51,835 nt of DNA, from positions 1-51,835 of the forward strand of contig JBHGBC010000024.1 of NCBI GenBank assembly GCA_041946805.1. The letters are read 5' to 3'. A program made the position numbers and the translations under genes. Each line of letters starts with the position of its first letter. Within the stretch, counting starts at the first letter, position 1. Under the pieces are notes generated by a model. It saw only the letters and a list, made by a program, of their open reading frames with translations. It did not search any database and was not told the DNA's origin. Positions 28,291 through 36,880 of this stretch are shown piece by piece. The DNA comes from a bacterium (lineage in GTDB: Bacteria; Hinthialibacterota; Hinthialibacteria; Hinthialibacterales; Hinthialibacteraceae).

Positions 28291-29580
28291 ATGAAGAAAG
28301 CGTTGGCTGCTTGGGGGGTCCTTGGCTGGATGGTTGCGGTTTCACTGCCTATGGCCCATGCGCAAAAATATGAATGCACACCGGTGAACCTGGACGCGAT
28401 CTGGAACGCGGTCATCTGGTATCATGACGGGCAGGAAGTCGACCCCAACCTGGGATTGAATACGAACGGCGCGGGCATCAAGGTCTCCACGCTTCCCAGC
28501 ACCGTCATCCCGGGTCAGGTTAATCTAACCGAGGACGGCGAGGTCGCCTTTCTGTTGCCCGACATGGAGATCGGCCAATTGAACGCCTACTACGTGGCGG
28601 GCGATACGGTTCCCGTTCCTCCGGGACATTACAAATACGTGTTCCTGGCGATGACCTCCGACAATGGCAACTGGCCCGGCAGCGAGTCGGACTGGTCGGC
28701 GATCAAGGACCCCAGTACCGGAGAAGTGACCGATCCGCGCTCGGAGGGGAACAGCTTCAAGCCGATCTACGCGGAAGGCCCGGGAGATTGGATTCCCATC
28801 GGCGTGGTCCAAGACTGGTTCTGGAAAGTCCCGGAATGGGTGTCCCCCGCCAGCGGCGATTCGAGCGAAATCATTCAACAATACCTTTCCTATGACGGGG
28901 ATCCCAACGGGGCGGCGAATTTCCTGGATGGAGAAGGCCACGCTTTCCATAGTTTCGGAGAATACACCTATTGCGACGGGGAGGGCGAATATTTCGTCTA
29001 CGCCATGCAGATTCCCCTGGGGCTGAAGAGCGCGACCTTGTGGACGGAAATGTGGGGCAATGTGAAACTCTCCATTTCGACCACCGATCCCTTCAATCCG
29101 GCCACCTACACGGAACTCTACAATTCGGCCACCCAAGACAAGATCTACACCGCCCGCGCCGGAAACCTGGACGGATACTTCCCCAACCGCGAACTGCGGC
29201 CGTTCGATCTCACCCCGTATATCAGTTCGGGCACCCTGACCGAGATTTATCTCCAATTTGAAGACGCCGCGCCCACCAACGCCGTGGGCCAGGAGAACAA
29301 TCCCTGGGGTCCCCGCGTCCGCCAGCTCGGCATTTTCACCGGACCGACGGTCAAGAGCACCTTGGGCGCCCGCTTGTGGCCCGGCTTGGAATCCACCAGC
29401 TGGGGAATGCCGGAAGGCGGCCTCATCCTGATCCGGAAACAATACCGTTTGGATGAAAAAAAGACGTTGAATTCCATCCTGTTGCCCAACGATTTCCCCC
29501 AGAACGATCCCTACCTGATCCTGTTCGCCATTACCCTGGCGAACGACCGCACCGGCATCGAGGAATTTATGTTGTATTGA
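28291..29580 (+). CDS. Secreted hypothetical beta-rich protein ending TGIEEFMLY
   Basis: GAGGAGG RBS; signal peptide ending AHA; acidic, aromatic-rich mature region. Confidence 0.82.
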   Translation: MKKALAAWGVLGWMVAVSLPMAHAQKYECTPVNLDAIWNAVIWYHDGQEVDPNLGLNTNGAGIKVSTLPSTVIPGQVNLTEDGEVAFLLPDMEIGQLNAYYVAGDTVPVPPGHYKYVFLAMTSDNGNWPGSESDWSAIKDPSTGEVTDPRSEGNSFKPIYAEGPGDWIPIGVVQDWFWKVPEWVSPASGDSSEIIQQYLSYDGDPNGAANFLDGEGHAFHSFGEYTYCDGEGEYFVYAMQIPLGLKSATLWTEMWGNVKLSISTTDPFNPATYTELYNSATQDKIYTARAGNLDGYFPNRELRPFDLTPYISSGTLTEIYLQFEDAAPTNAVGQENNPWGPRVRQLGIFTGPTVKSTLGARLWPGLESTSWGMPEGGLILIRKQYRLDEKKTLNSILLPNDFPQNDPYLILFAITLANDRTGIEEFMLY

Positions 29581-29602
29581 TTCGGAATCCTTCTTCATGC
29601 AA

Positions 29603-29636
29603 CAAGGGCGGCCGGGTTTGATCCTGACCGCCCTTG
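29603..29636. terminator. Hairpin, probably terminator (possibly bidirectional)
   Basis: CAAGGGCGG / CCGCCCTTG stem. Confidence 0.55.
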
Positions 29637-29829
29637 ACTCGGTTAGCTGTTTGGATTGGAGAGCAGGAGAGCGTCTCCCGCCCGGCGAATCCAATTCACG
29701 CCATGGATTCGAACTTCCGCGAACCCGTTTCCGCCTCGCTGCTCCGCGGAGCACTGAGTACGTCTCCGGAGAGGCTCAGGGGAAATTCGAGTTCGCTAAT
29801 CATCCAACGTTATTGAGGATGGGAGCTGA

Positions 29830-29892
29830 TTAGCCCTCCTCACCTCCGCAGCCACCTGCGCTATACATCCGTATCGGGATACATTCACACAT
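29830..29892 (-). CDS. Putative 20-aa small peptide MCECIPIRMYSAGGCGGEEG
   Basis: AGAAAGGAGGTGGTCCA extended SD immediately upstream of the ATG; too short for the ORF track. Confidence 0.4.
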   Translation of the reverse strand: MCECIPIRMYSAGGCGGEEG

Positions 29893-29923
29893 AAGTGGAC
29901 CACCTCCTTTCTGCGCTATCTAA

Positions 29924-29952
29924 AACGTATCGAAGAATCCATGAAATGTCAA
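29924..29952 (-). promoter_or_regulatory. Putative sigma70 promoter (minus strand)
   Basis: TTGACA (29952-29947), 17-nt spacer, TACGTT (29929-29924). Confidence 0.55.
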
Positions 29953-29982
29953 GGAAAGATTGCGTTTTTTTTCGAAACGGAT

Positions 29983-30238
29983 GGTTCATCCGACAAGTGT
30001 GTACCTCCGGCGCTATAGGCCCAGGGTTAAAACCCTGGGCTGCTGTAAAGCCGTCCCCGGAAGGGGACTCCGAAAGTGTGTGGTTAAGGATAAAGGATGC
30101 ATTACGCCTTTTCAGGGATTCCCTCACCCTGGCCCTCTCCCAGAGGGAGAGGGGATGGGGGGATTGATCTCTCCGGCCAGCCCGATTGAAAAACGGACGG
30201 CCATGCTTGGTTAAAAGTACGCATTTCCCAGATGAAAA
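29983..30238 (+). mobile_element. MITE-like element variant (~255 bp)
   Basis: Left GGTTCATCCGACAAGTGTGTACC; right AAGTACGCATTTCCCAGATGAA; right half matches other copies; left interior has different hairpins. Confidence 0.7.
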
Positions 30239-30251
30239 ATAAAAAAATCAC

Positions 30252-30287
30252 TTGACACTACTATCTGTTTAATACTATTGTCATAGT
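30252..30287 (+). promoter_or_regulatory. blaI promoter region with putative operator palindrome
   Basis: TTGACA at 30252; ACTAT-TGTC-ATAGT inverted repeat at 30274-30287 overlapping the -10 region. Confidence 0.5.
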
Positions 30288-30323
30288 TGAGACAATCAGC
30301 CACTCGGTTTTGAGGGAAAATAC

Positions 30324-30725
30324 ATGAAACGTACGTATCCCAAATTGGTCCTGGCGGAGTTGGAAACCCTGGTGATGAAAGAGGTCTGGAAACGGGGACG
30401 AGCCACCGTGCACGAGGTGCGCGGCGCCCTGCGCGGCAAGCGGGACCTGGCCTACACCACCATCTTGACCACATTGCGCAACCTGGAGAAAAAGGGCTTT
30501 TTGGAGCACGAAGTGGACGGCCGTTCGCATGTGTACGTGCCGCGGGTGGAGGAGGGCGCGGTGCGGCAGAGCACACTCCGCACCCTGCTCGACAATCTGT
30601 TCGACGGTTCCAAGGTCCGGCTGGTGCAGACCCTGTTCGAAGAAGAGACACTCAGCCCCGAGGAATATGAAAGCCTGCGGCGGACCATCCAGGCGTTGCG
30701 CGGGAAGGATCAAAAACATGATTGA
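30324..30725 (+). CDS. BlaI/MecI/CopY family repressor
   Basis: ELETLVMKEVW...ATVHEV...LAYTTILTTLRNLEKKGFL...GRSHVY...LLDNLFDGS. Confidence 0.93.
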   Translation: MKRTYPKLVLAELETLVMKEVWKRGRATVHEVRGALRGKRDLAYTTILTTLRNLEKKGFLEHEVDGRSHVYVPRVEEGAVRQSTLRTLLDNLFDGSKVRLVQTLFEEETLSPEEYESLRRTIQALRGKDQKHD

Positions 30726-33330
30726 GGGATGGGAGACCTGGATCGGATATCTCATCCGCTCGTCGGGCGTGCTGCTGGCGGCGGGCGGGATCGCATGGTG
30801 CCTCTCTTCCGCGGGGCGGGTACGGGGCCGGGCGTCGATCTGGATCAGCGCGCTGGTGTTGTTCTTGCCGTTATACATGCCGCTGGTTTCGATCGCTCCG
30901 GTTCATCCGCGCGTGGAACAGACCCGGAACGAATGGTTCCATTCCACGACGGGGTGGCTTAAGACCCATACGCATGTTGCCAACCGGCAGGAACCGGCTC
31001 TCCGTTGGTCACTCAAAATGCAAACCGGGATGGTTATTGAAACCGAAAGCCAGGACAGCGCCTTTTCGGGGGTGGATTATGCATCACTGGCCGCCTACGG
31101 GCGGCATGCGGTTGGGGGAATCTGGCTGGCGGGCGTGTTGGTGCTCGCGGGGCGAAATATCCGGGGATGGCGCGCGCACCGGAAATTTCTGGCTTCCTGC
31201 CGGGAGGTGAACGATCCCCGCGTCCTGCGTTGGCTCTCTGATTGCGCGGCCCGGGCCGGATTGAAGCGCCCTCCCCGTTTGCGATACGCAAAAGACGCGT
31301 GCGTCCCCCTGGTGACCGGCCGCTTGCAGCCTTGCGTGGTGATTCCCTCCCCGATGCTGGATCTTCGCCTGGAGAAGGCCTTGCGTTTCACCCTGCTGCA
31401 CGAGCTGGCCCATATCCGGCGGGGGGATCCCTGGTGGCAGCTGGGGGAGAACGTGGCGGGGATGCTGTATTTCTTCCATCCCCTGGCGCATTGGGCGCGA
31501 AGACAGATCGAACGGGAACGGGAAATCCTCTGCGACCGCTTCGTGGTGGAGGTGACGCGGCAACGGGCCTCTTACGCGGAATTCTTGCTGCGGGCCGTGT
31601 GGAACGCGCGCGGCCGGCCCGTCCGGGTGTTCGCGATTCCGGTCGGAAATTATGGTTCGGCGTTGACCCGACGGATTCAAACCATTCTGGAACAACCGAA
31701 GGAGAACACGATGCACACGGTCAAGAACACGGTAATCGGTGGAGTGGTGGCGTTACTGATCAGCGCGTTGCTCGTCCTGAGCGCGCCTTCCCAGGCGCAA
31801 ATGGGCGGTGGAGCGGGAACGGCGGTCAATCAAGAGACCACAGAACCGGCCGCCACCGAACCGAAAGAGGAGTTAGATCACATCAATGTGGAGAAGACCG
31901 GCCAGGAAGGGGATTATACCATCTTTCACATCGCCCCGGCGTTCGAATCCATCACGCGGGTGGACATCGCGCGCGGCGGTCCCAAGGGGCCAACCGATAA
32001 GCGGACCTTGAAGCCGGAGGAATACCTCGCCGAGCCGGAACAGCACCGGGTGAAGGTGAAAACGGCATCCGTGGACGGCGTGGTGATCGTATCGGGGAAA
32101 CAGCGCGTTCCCTGGGCGTGGAATTTCGGCAAGCCCCTGGAGCCGGGCAGCGTGAAGGTGCTGATCGGCGCCCGGCTGGGAAAACCGGGCGTGGATTACA
32201 CGGTGGACGAAGCGAAGGGCACGGCCGCGTTCTTGAAAAAAGAGGATTGCGTGAAGGACGCTCCCTACTTCATTATGTACGGTTTCAAACGCGATCCGAA
32301 ATCACCCAATTTCTCGACCGGCGGGGCGATCGGCAACCACAAACTGGATGCGGCCGCGCGGCGCCTGCTGGGATTGCCGGAGACGGACGCGGCGCCGGAC
32401 GTGCGCACGGTGGGAACCAACGCGGCGCCGACCGCGGATCCCAAAGTCTTTTCGTTGTCCCATCTCATGGAGGAGAGCACCATGCGGGTGGCGGTCGCGA
32501 AACGGGATCATCCGGGCGATTTGAAATGGTTGGTAAAGGATGAGGACTACCGGTACGACACCCAAACCTCGATGATTCATCTCCTGAAAGACATTCCCAT
32601 GGACAAGGAGACTGAATACTTGTTTGTGCATGGCCAACCGAATCCCAACGTGTTTTTCGCGCAGGGACTGAAACCGGGGGATCCGGTCAAGATCATCGTG
32701 GACGGCAAGGAACTGGTACCGGAGAAGGACTTCAAGGTAGATTACTCCACCGGGCGGATCGAGATTCTGCCGCCCCAGCGCATTACGCCCGAATCCAAAT
32801 TCATAATCCAAGCCTCGGGTTGGGCGTTCGGCAATTGGTCACCCAACCGGGAATTCCAGAACGAATCCGGAGAGCAGCCTCCCCGTCCCGCGAGGAACAG
32901 CGTGGGGACCAACGCGGTGCCAACCGATGATCCCAAGGTATTCAACCTGACGCATCTCATGAACGCCAAGACCATGAACGTCGCCATCGCCCAATTGAAA
33001 GAAACCGGGAACCTGAAATGGTTGAAGAAGGATGCGGATTACCGCTACGACACCCAAACCTCGAGGATCCATCTGCTCAGGGACATCCCGATCGACAACG
33101 AAAAACAATATCTCTTCGTCCAGGGCGCGCCCAATTATGATGTGTATTTCGATCATAACCTGAAGCCGGGCTCCAAGGTGTACATCACCCTGGAAGGCAA
33201 GGAACTGATCGAGGGCAAGGACTTCAAGGTGGATTACTCCACCGGGCGGATCGAAATGCTCAAGCCAGGGCTGATTCAATCCGGCAAGAAATTTTGTATT
33301 CAGACCGAAAACATGACGTTCGCGAATTAG
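30718..33330 (+). CDS. BlaR1-like M56 peptidase sensor-transducer with repeat-containing extracytoplasmic domain
   Basis: ATG overlaps the blaI end; TM segments; LLHELAHIRRGD zincin motif; FFHPLAHW, EREILCD; C-terminal ~140-aa duplication. Confidence 0.88.
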   Translation: MIEGWETWIGYLIRSSGVLLAAGGIAWCLSSAGRVRGRASIWISALVLFLPLYMPLVSIAPVHPRVEQTRNEWFHSTTGWLKTHTHVANRQEPALRWSLKMQTGMVIETESQDSAFSGVDYASLAAYGRHAVGGIWLAGVLVLAGRNIRGWRAHRKFLASCREVNDPRVLRWLSDCAARAGLKRPPRLRYAKDACVPLVTGRLQPCVVIPSPMLDLRLEKALRFTLLHELAHIRRGDPWWQLGENVAGMLYFFHPLAHWARRQIEREREILCDRFVVEVTRQRASYAEFLLRAVWNARGRPVRVFAIPVGNYGSALTRRIQTILEQPKENTMHTVKNTVIGGVVALLISALLVLSAPSQAQMGGGAGTAVNQETTEPAATEPKEELDHINVEKTGQEGDYTIFHIAPAFESITRVDIARGGPKGPTDKRTLKPEEYLAEPEQHRVKVKTASVDGVVIVSGKQRVPWAWNFGKPLEPGSVKVLIGARLGKPGVDYTVDEAKGTAAFLKKEDCVKDAPYFIMYGFKRDPKSPNFSTGGAIGNHKLDAAARRLLGLPETDAAPDVRTVGTNAAPTADPKVFSLSHLMEESTMRVAVAKRDHPGDLKWLVKDEDYRYDTQTSMIHLLKDIPMDKETEYLFVHGQPNPNVFFAQGLKPGDPVKIIVDGKELVPEKDFKVDYSTGRIEILPPQRITPESKFIIQASGWAFGNWSPNREFQNESGEQPPRPARNSVGTNAVPTDDPKVFNLTHLMNAKTMNVAIAQLKETGNLKWLKKDADYRYDTQTSRIHLLRDIPIDNEKQYLFVQGAPNYDVYFDHNLKPGSKVYITLEGKELIEGKDFKVDYSTGRIEMLKPGLIQSGKKFCIQTENMTFAN

Positions 33331-33337
33331 GTTTTGT

Positions 33338-33506
33338 GGTTCATCCGACAAGTGCGTACCTGATGGTGAAGAAGACATTCCATCCACTCGAAAAACCGGG
33401 CGGACTCCAAGGTCCGCCCCGATAAAAAATTCCCTCACTCCCTTCCCTTCTCTCTGGGTGAAAAGAGATCTTTCCCTCTTCCCCCGGGAGAGGGCTGGGG
33501 TGAGGG
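33338..33506 (+). mobile_element. Left half of MITE-like element plus inverted REP
   Basis: GGTTCATCCGACAAGTGCGTACC and interior homologous to the 16531 and 40348 copies; GGGAGAGGGCTGGGGTGAGGG near 33486-33506. Confidence 0.65.
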
Positions 33507-33807
33507 AATTTGGTGATGCGGGCCTATTGGCTGTCTATTTTCTTCCTATTCCATTTTTGCCCCTTCCGCGCCTCCCGAGATTCAGCCCACGTCTCCTCCA
33601 AACCCTCCCGAAAAATCCCAAGGCCGGGAAGGCCATGCCACTTGAGTTTTCCAGTTGAGTTTTCTCTCATTCTCCCTGCAATTCTCCCTCGATATTCAGC
33701 GCATCGAGGAGCGGGTATAATGAAAACCGTGGGGAAGAGGCAACAGTCCACGCGACGGTTCCCTTCCCTCATTTATCCACATTCCTAACCGGGAAACGAA
33801 ACCATTC

Positions 33808-34389
33808 ATGAGAATCATCGCGGGCAAGTATAAAAACCGGGCGGTGACCGCGCCCGAGGGGACCGTCACGCGGCCGATCCTGTCGCGCGTGCGGAAGTCG
33901 CTGTTCGACATTCTGCAGCCGTACCTGGAGGGCGCGCGGGTGCTGGATCTGTTTTCGGGGACCGGCGTGATCGCTCTGGAGGCGTTCAGCCGGGGAGCTT
34001 CCAGCGTGCTGAGCATCGACGCGGACGCGCAAGCCCTGAACGCGGCGCGGATGAATCACCAGAAGATTTGTCCGGGCGAAGCGTACCGCGTGATCCGGGG
34101 CGATGTGCTGGAGTGGGTTCCGCGGTTGGCGAAGCAAGAGCCGCCGTTCGATGTGATTGGCATCACCCCGCCCTATGGACTGGGACTGGCCGGCAAGACT
34201 CTGGCGCTGCTGGACCGGCATCCCCAGTGGCTCCACGCGGAGACGGTGATCTTCGTACAGCGGGACAGCCGGGAAACTGTAGACTTGGAATGGAAATTCC
34301 TGGAACACGTCCGCACCCGTTCCTACGGGAGGACTGTTCTGGAATTTTTCATGCCCGAAGAATCCCCCGCCATGAATCGGGCGGAATGA
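33808..34389 (+). CDS. rsmD: 16S rRNA m2G966 methyltransferase RsmD family
   Basis: MRIIAGKYK, TRP, VLDLFSGTG, LEAFSRGA, YG near C-terminus; TPPY in place of DPPY. Confidence 0.88.
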   Translation: MRIIAGKYKNRAVTAPEGTVTRPILSRVRKSLFDILQPYLEGARVLDLFSGTGVIALEAFSRGASSVLSIDADAQALNAARMNHQKICPGEAYRVIRGDVLEWVPRLAKQEPPFDVIGITPPYGLGLAGKTLALLDRHPQWLHAETVIFVQRDSRETVDLEWKFLEHVRTRSYGRTVLEFFMPEESPAMNRAE

Positions 34390-34404
34390 CCTGGACGCCG
34401 GGCG

Positions 34405-36324
34405 TTAATCCGGATCCAGGACATGCTGGATTTTTTGGATGAGGGTCAAGGGAGTAAAAGGTTTTTGGATGAAGGCGATATCCGGATCCATCAGGCCCTG
34501 CCGGACCATGGCGTCTTCGGTATACCCGGACATGTAGAGGATTTTGACGCCAGGCCGGATCCGCCGGATATGGGCGGCCAGTTCATGGCCATTCAGGCCG
34601 GGCATGACCAGGTCGGTCACCAACAGGTCAATGTCGCCGGGGTGGTTTTTCGCGATGTCCAACGCCTCTTTCCCGCAACCGGCGGAGAGAACCTTGAATT
34701 CGCATTCCTCCAGAGACCGGCGCACCAAGTTGAGCACGGTGTCCTCATCCTCCACCAGCAGGATGGTCTCCGAACCCTGGGTGGAGAGGACCGGTTCGGG
34801 TTTGGGCGGCGGGGGAGAGGCCGTAGCGCCGGCCTGGGGAAAGTAAATCCGGAAGGAAGCGCCTTTCCCCGGTTCGCTGACGACCTCGATATGCCCCTGG
34901 TTTTGCTTGACGATCCCGTAAACGGTGGAGAGGCCCAAACCCGTGCCCTTGCCGCAGGCCTTGGTGGTGAAAAACGGTTCGAACATCCGGCTCTGGATTT
35001 GGGCGTCCATGCCATGGCCGGTGTCGGAGACGGTCAGTTTGACAAATTCGCCGGATTGGACGTCGACATGATGGGCGGCGTAATGGCTGTCCAGGCAGGC
35101 GTTGGCCGTTTCGATCACCAACCGGCCGCCCAGGGGCATGGCGTCGCGGGCGTTGACCGCCAGGTTGACGATCACCTGTTCGATCTGGCCGGGATCGGCC
35201 TTGATTTTCAGCAAATCCTCACCGCAGACGGTGACCAATTCGATGTTCTCGCCGATCAGGCGGCGTAACATCCGTTCCATGTCCGTAACGATGGTATTAA
35301 GGTCCAGGACGCGGGGTTGATAGATTTGTTTGCGGCTGAAAGCCAGCAGTTGACTGGTGATGGCGACGGCGCGGTCGGCCGCTTTGCGGATTTCCACCAC
35401 ATCGTTGTAGAGCGGATCGGTGGAGGGCAGGCGGGAAAGCGCCATGTCGCTGTAGCCCTCGATCACAGTCAACAGGTTATTGAAATCGTGCGCCACTCCG
35501 CCCGCCAATTGGCCCACGGCTTCCATCTTCTGGTAGAAATGCAATTGTTTTTCCAAGTGTTCTTTCTCGCCGGCGGCGAGCTTTTGGCCCGTGATTTCGA
35601 TGCTGACGATCATGGCCATGGGTTGCCGGTCCCGGCGCATGGGGCCGATCCAGACGCGAAACCAATCCCGGCCGGCTCCGGGAACGTCACAGGCCAGTTC
35701 CGTGGTCCCCGCCTCGCCGGACTCGAAAACCCGGCGCAAACCCTCCGCCATCGGCTCCCGCATCCGCGGGGATAGGATCTCCATCAGGCGGCTGCCGGTA
35801 CGGACCGGCGATTCATCTCCCCAGAGTGGACGGTTTTGAAAGACAATGATTCCTTCGCGGTTGACAAGGACGAAAAGGTGGGGGGCGTTCAGGGCCAAGG
35901 ACCGCCACCGCTCCTCGCTTTCAAGCAAGTCGTCCCGCACCCGCCGCAGATGGCCGGTGGCGCGATACACCATTTCGGCGCCGGCCAGGATGGAGACAAT
36001 CAAGAATCCCAAGGTGAAAAGGGAATAATAAATCTCATCATGGCTCACATGCCAGATTACCCAGACGGAGATACCGGCAATGACCAGGGTAATACTCACA
36101 AAAATCCAGCGGGAGTAATAAAAAGCGGCATAAAAAATCGACGGGAGCAACAAAATCAGCATTTCATCGGAAATAGAATAATGGGTTCCCGATTCCAACG
36201 CAATCAGGATACCACCATAGAAAAACGCCGATATCGTGAACCAGAAGAAAAAGTGACCACCCCGATTGGACATTTCATTCCACATGGGATAAACCCCAAT
36301 ACGCTTCCAACTCCATCCTATCAC
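34405..36324 (-). CDS. Membrane hybrid sensor histidine kinase (TM-PAS-HisKA-HATPase-REC, CckA-like)
   Basis: [14 protein letters not shown]-box, [33 protein letters not shown] with LLVEDE/TDLVMP/KPF; start uncertain (36324 or 36285). Confidence 0.92.
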   Translation of the reverse strand: MIGWSWKRIGVYPMWNEMSNRGGHFFFWFTISAFFYGGILIALESGTHYSISDEMLILLLPSIFYAAFYYSRWIFVSITLVIAGISVWVIWHVSHDEIYYSLFTLGFLIVSILAGAEMVYRATGHLRRVRDDLLESEERWRSLALNAPHLFVLVNREGIIVFQNRPLWGDESPVRTGSRLMEILSPRMREPMAEGLRRVFESGEAGTTELACDVPGAGRDWFRVWIGPMRRDRQPMAMIVSIEITGQKLAAGEKEHLEKQLHFYQKMEAVGQLAGGVAHDFNNLLTVIEGYSDMALSRLPSTDPLYNDVVEIRKAADRAVAITSQLLAFSRKQIYQPRVLDLNTIVTDMERMLRRLIGENIELVTVCGEDLLKIKADPGQIEQVIVNLAVNARDAMPLGGRLVIETANACLDSHYAAHHVDVQSGEFVKLTVSDTGHGMDAQIQSRMFEPFFTTKACGKGTGLGLSTVYGIVKQNQGHIEVVSEPGKGASFRIYFPQAGATASPPPPKPEPVLSTQGSETILLVEDEDTVLNLVRRSLEECEFKVLSAGCGKEALDIAKNHPGDIDLLVTDLVMPGLNGHELAAHIRRIRPGVKILYMSGYTEDAMVRQGLMDPDIAFIQKPFTPLTLIQKIQHVLDPD

Positions 36325-36880
36325 TCCAGAAACTAACTAATTATGTCATCGGCGGAAATCCCGTTTATCTTGAGCCACCCGGGATGAATTCATTCCCGCG
36401 CCGCCGGATTCCGTTCCGCCCGGAGGTTTTGGGGAAGCCTGGGTCTGGAGCCATCGCTTCGCCGTCGATCATGTTCTCCACCGCTTCAATCCGGAGAAAG
36501 AAAGGAGGGCGGGAGGAGTCCCTGTGAAATTCCCAAGTCTTATGATAAAGTGATTCTCTATAATTTTTGAGGATTGGATGGCCGTGCAGGGGGCGGCCTG
36601 GAATCCGGCCGGTCCACGTACGTTGCCGGGAAGCGGACCGTTGCCGGAAACCAAGGCTTCCGGGGCCGGAAGAGGGAAGGATGGGGAGATGGATTCCGGT
36701 GCATCCGGAGTGGAATTTCCTGAAAGGAGGGATAAACACGGCGAGCCTCAGACGGTTCGCGGGAGTCAAGGAAGGCGCCAGGCGGATGCTCCGGCCATGC
36801 CGGCGGCGGGCCTTCCGGAGAGAGAAACCGCTCTCGCGCCACGCGAGAAAATCCACGATGGAATGGGAAAGGAATACATC

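Larger units (their letters stand above)
29603..29917 (-). ncRNA. Candidate structured small transcript containing a short ORF
   Basis: Own promoter (29924-29952), multiple nested stems, ends at the 29603-29636 hairpin; family unknown. Confidence 0.4.

Noticed and set aside
29896..29912. 16S rRNA gene fragment
   Set aside because: Only the anti-SD-like 17-mer matches; upstream sequence lacks the conserved 16S 3' helix, so it is better read as an SD on the minus strand
30324..33330. Beta-lactam resistance locus
   Set aside because: No beta-lactamase or PBP adjacent and no penicillin-binding sensor domain
36340..36880. Riboswitch in the long leader of the 36881 gene
   Set aside because: GC-rich stems are present but I could not match any riboswitch consensus; needs an Rfam scan
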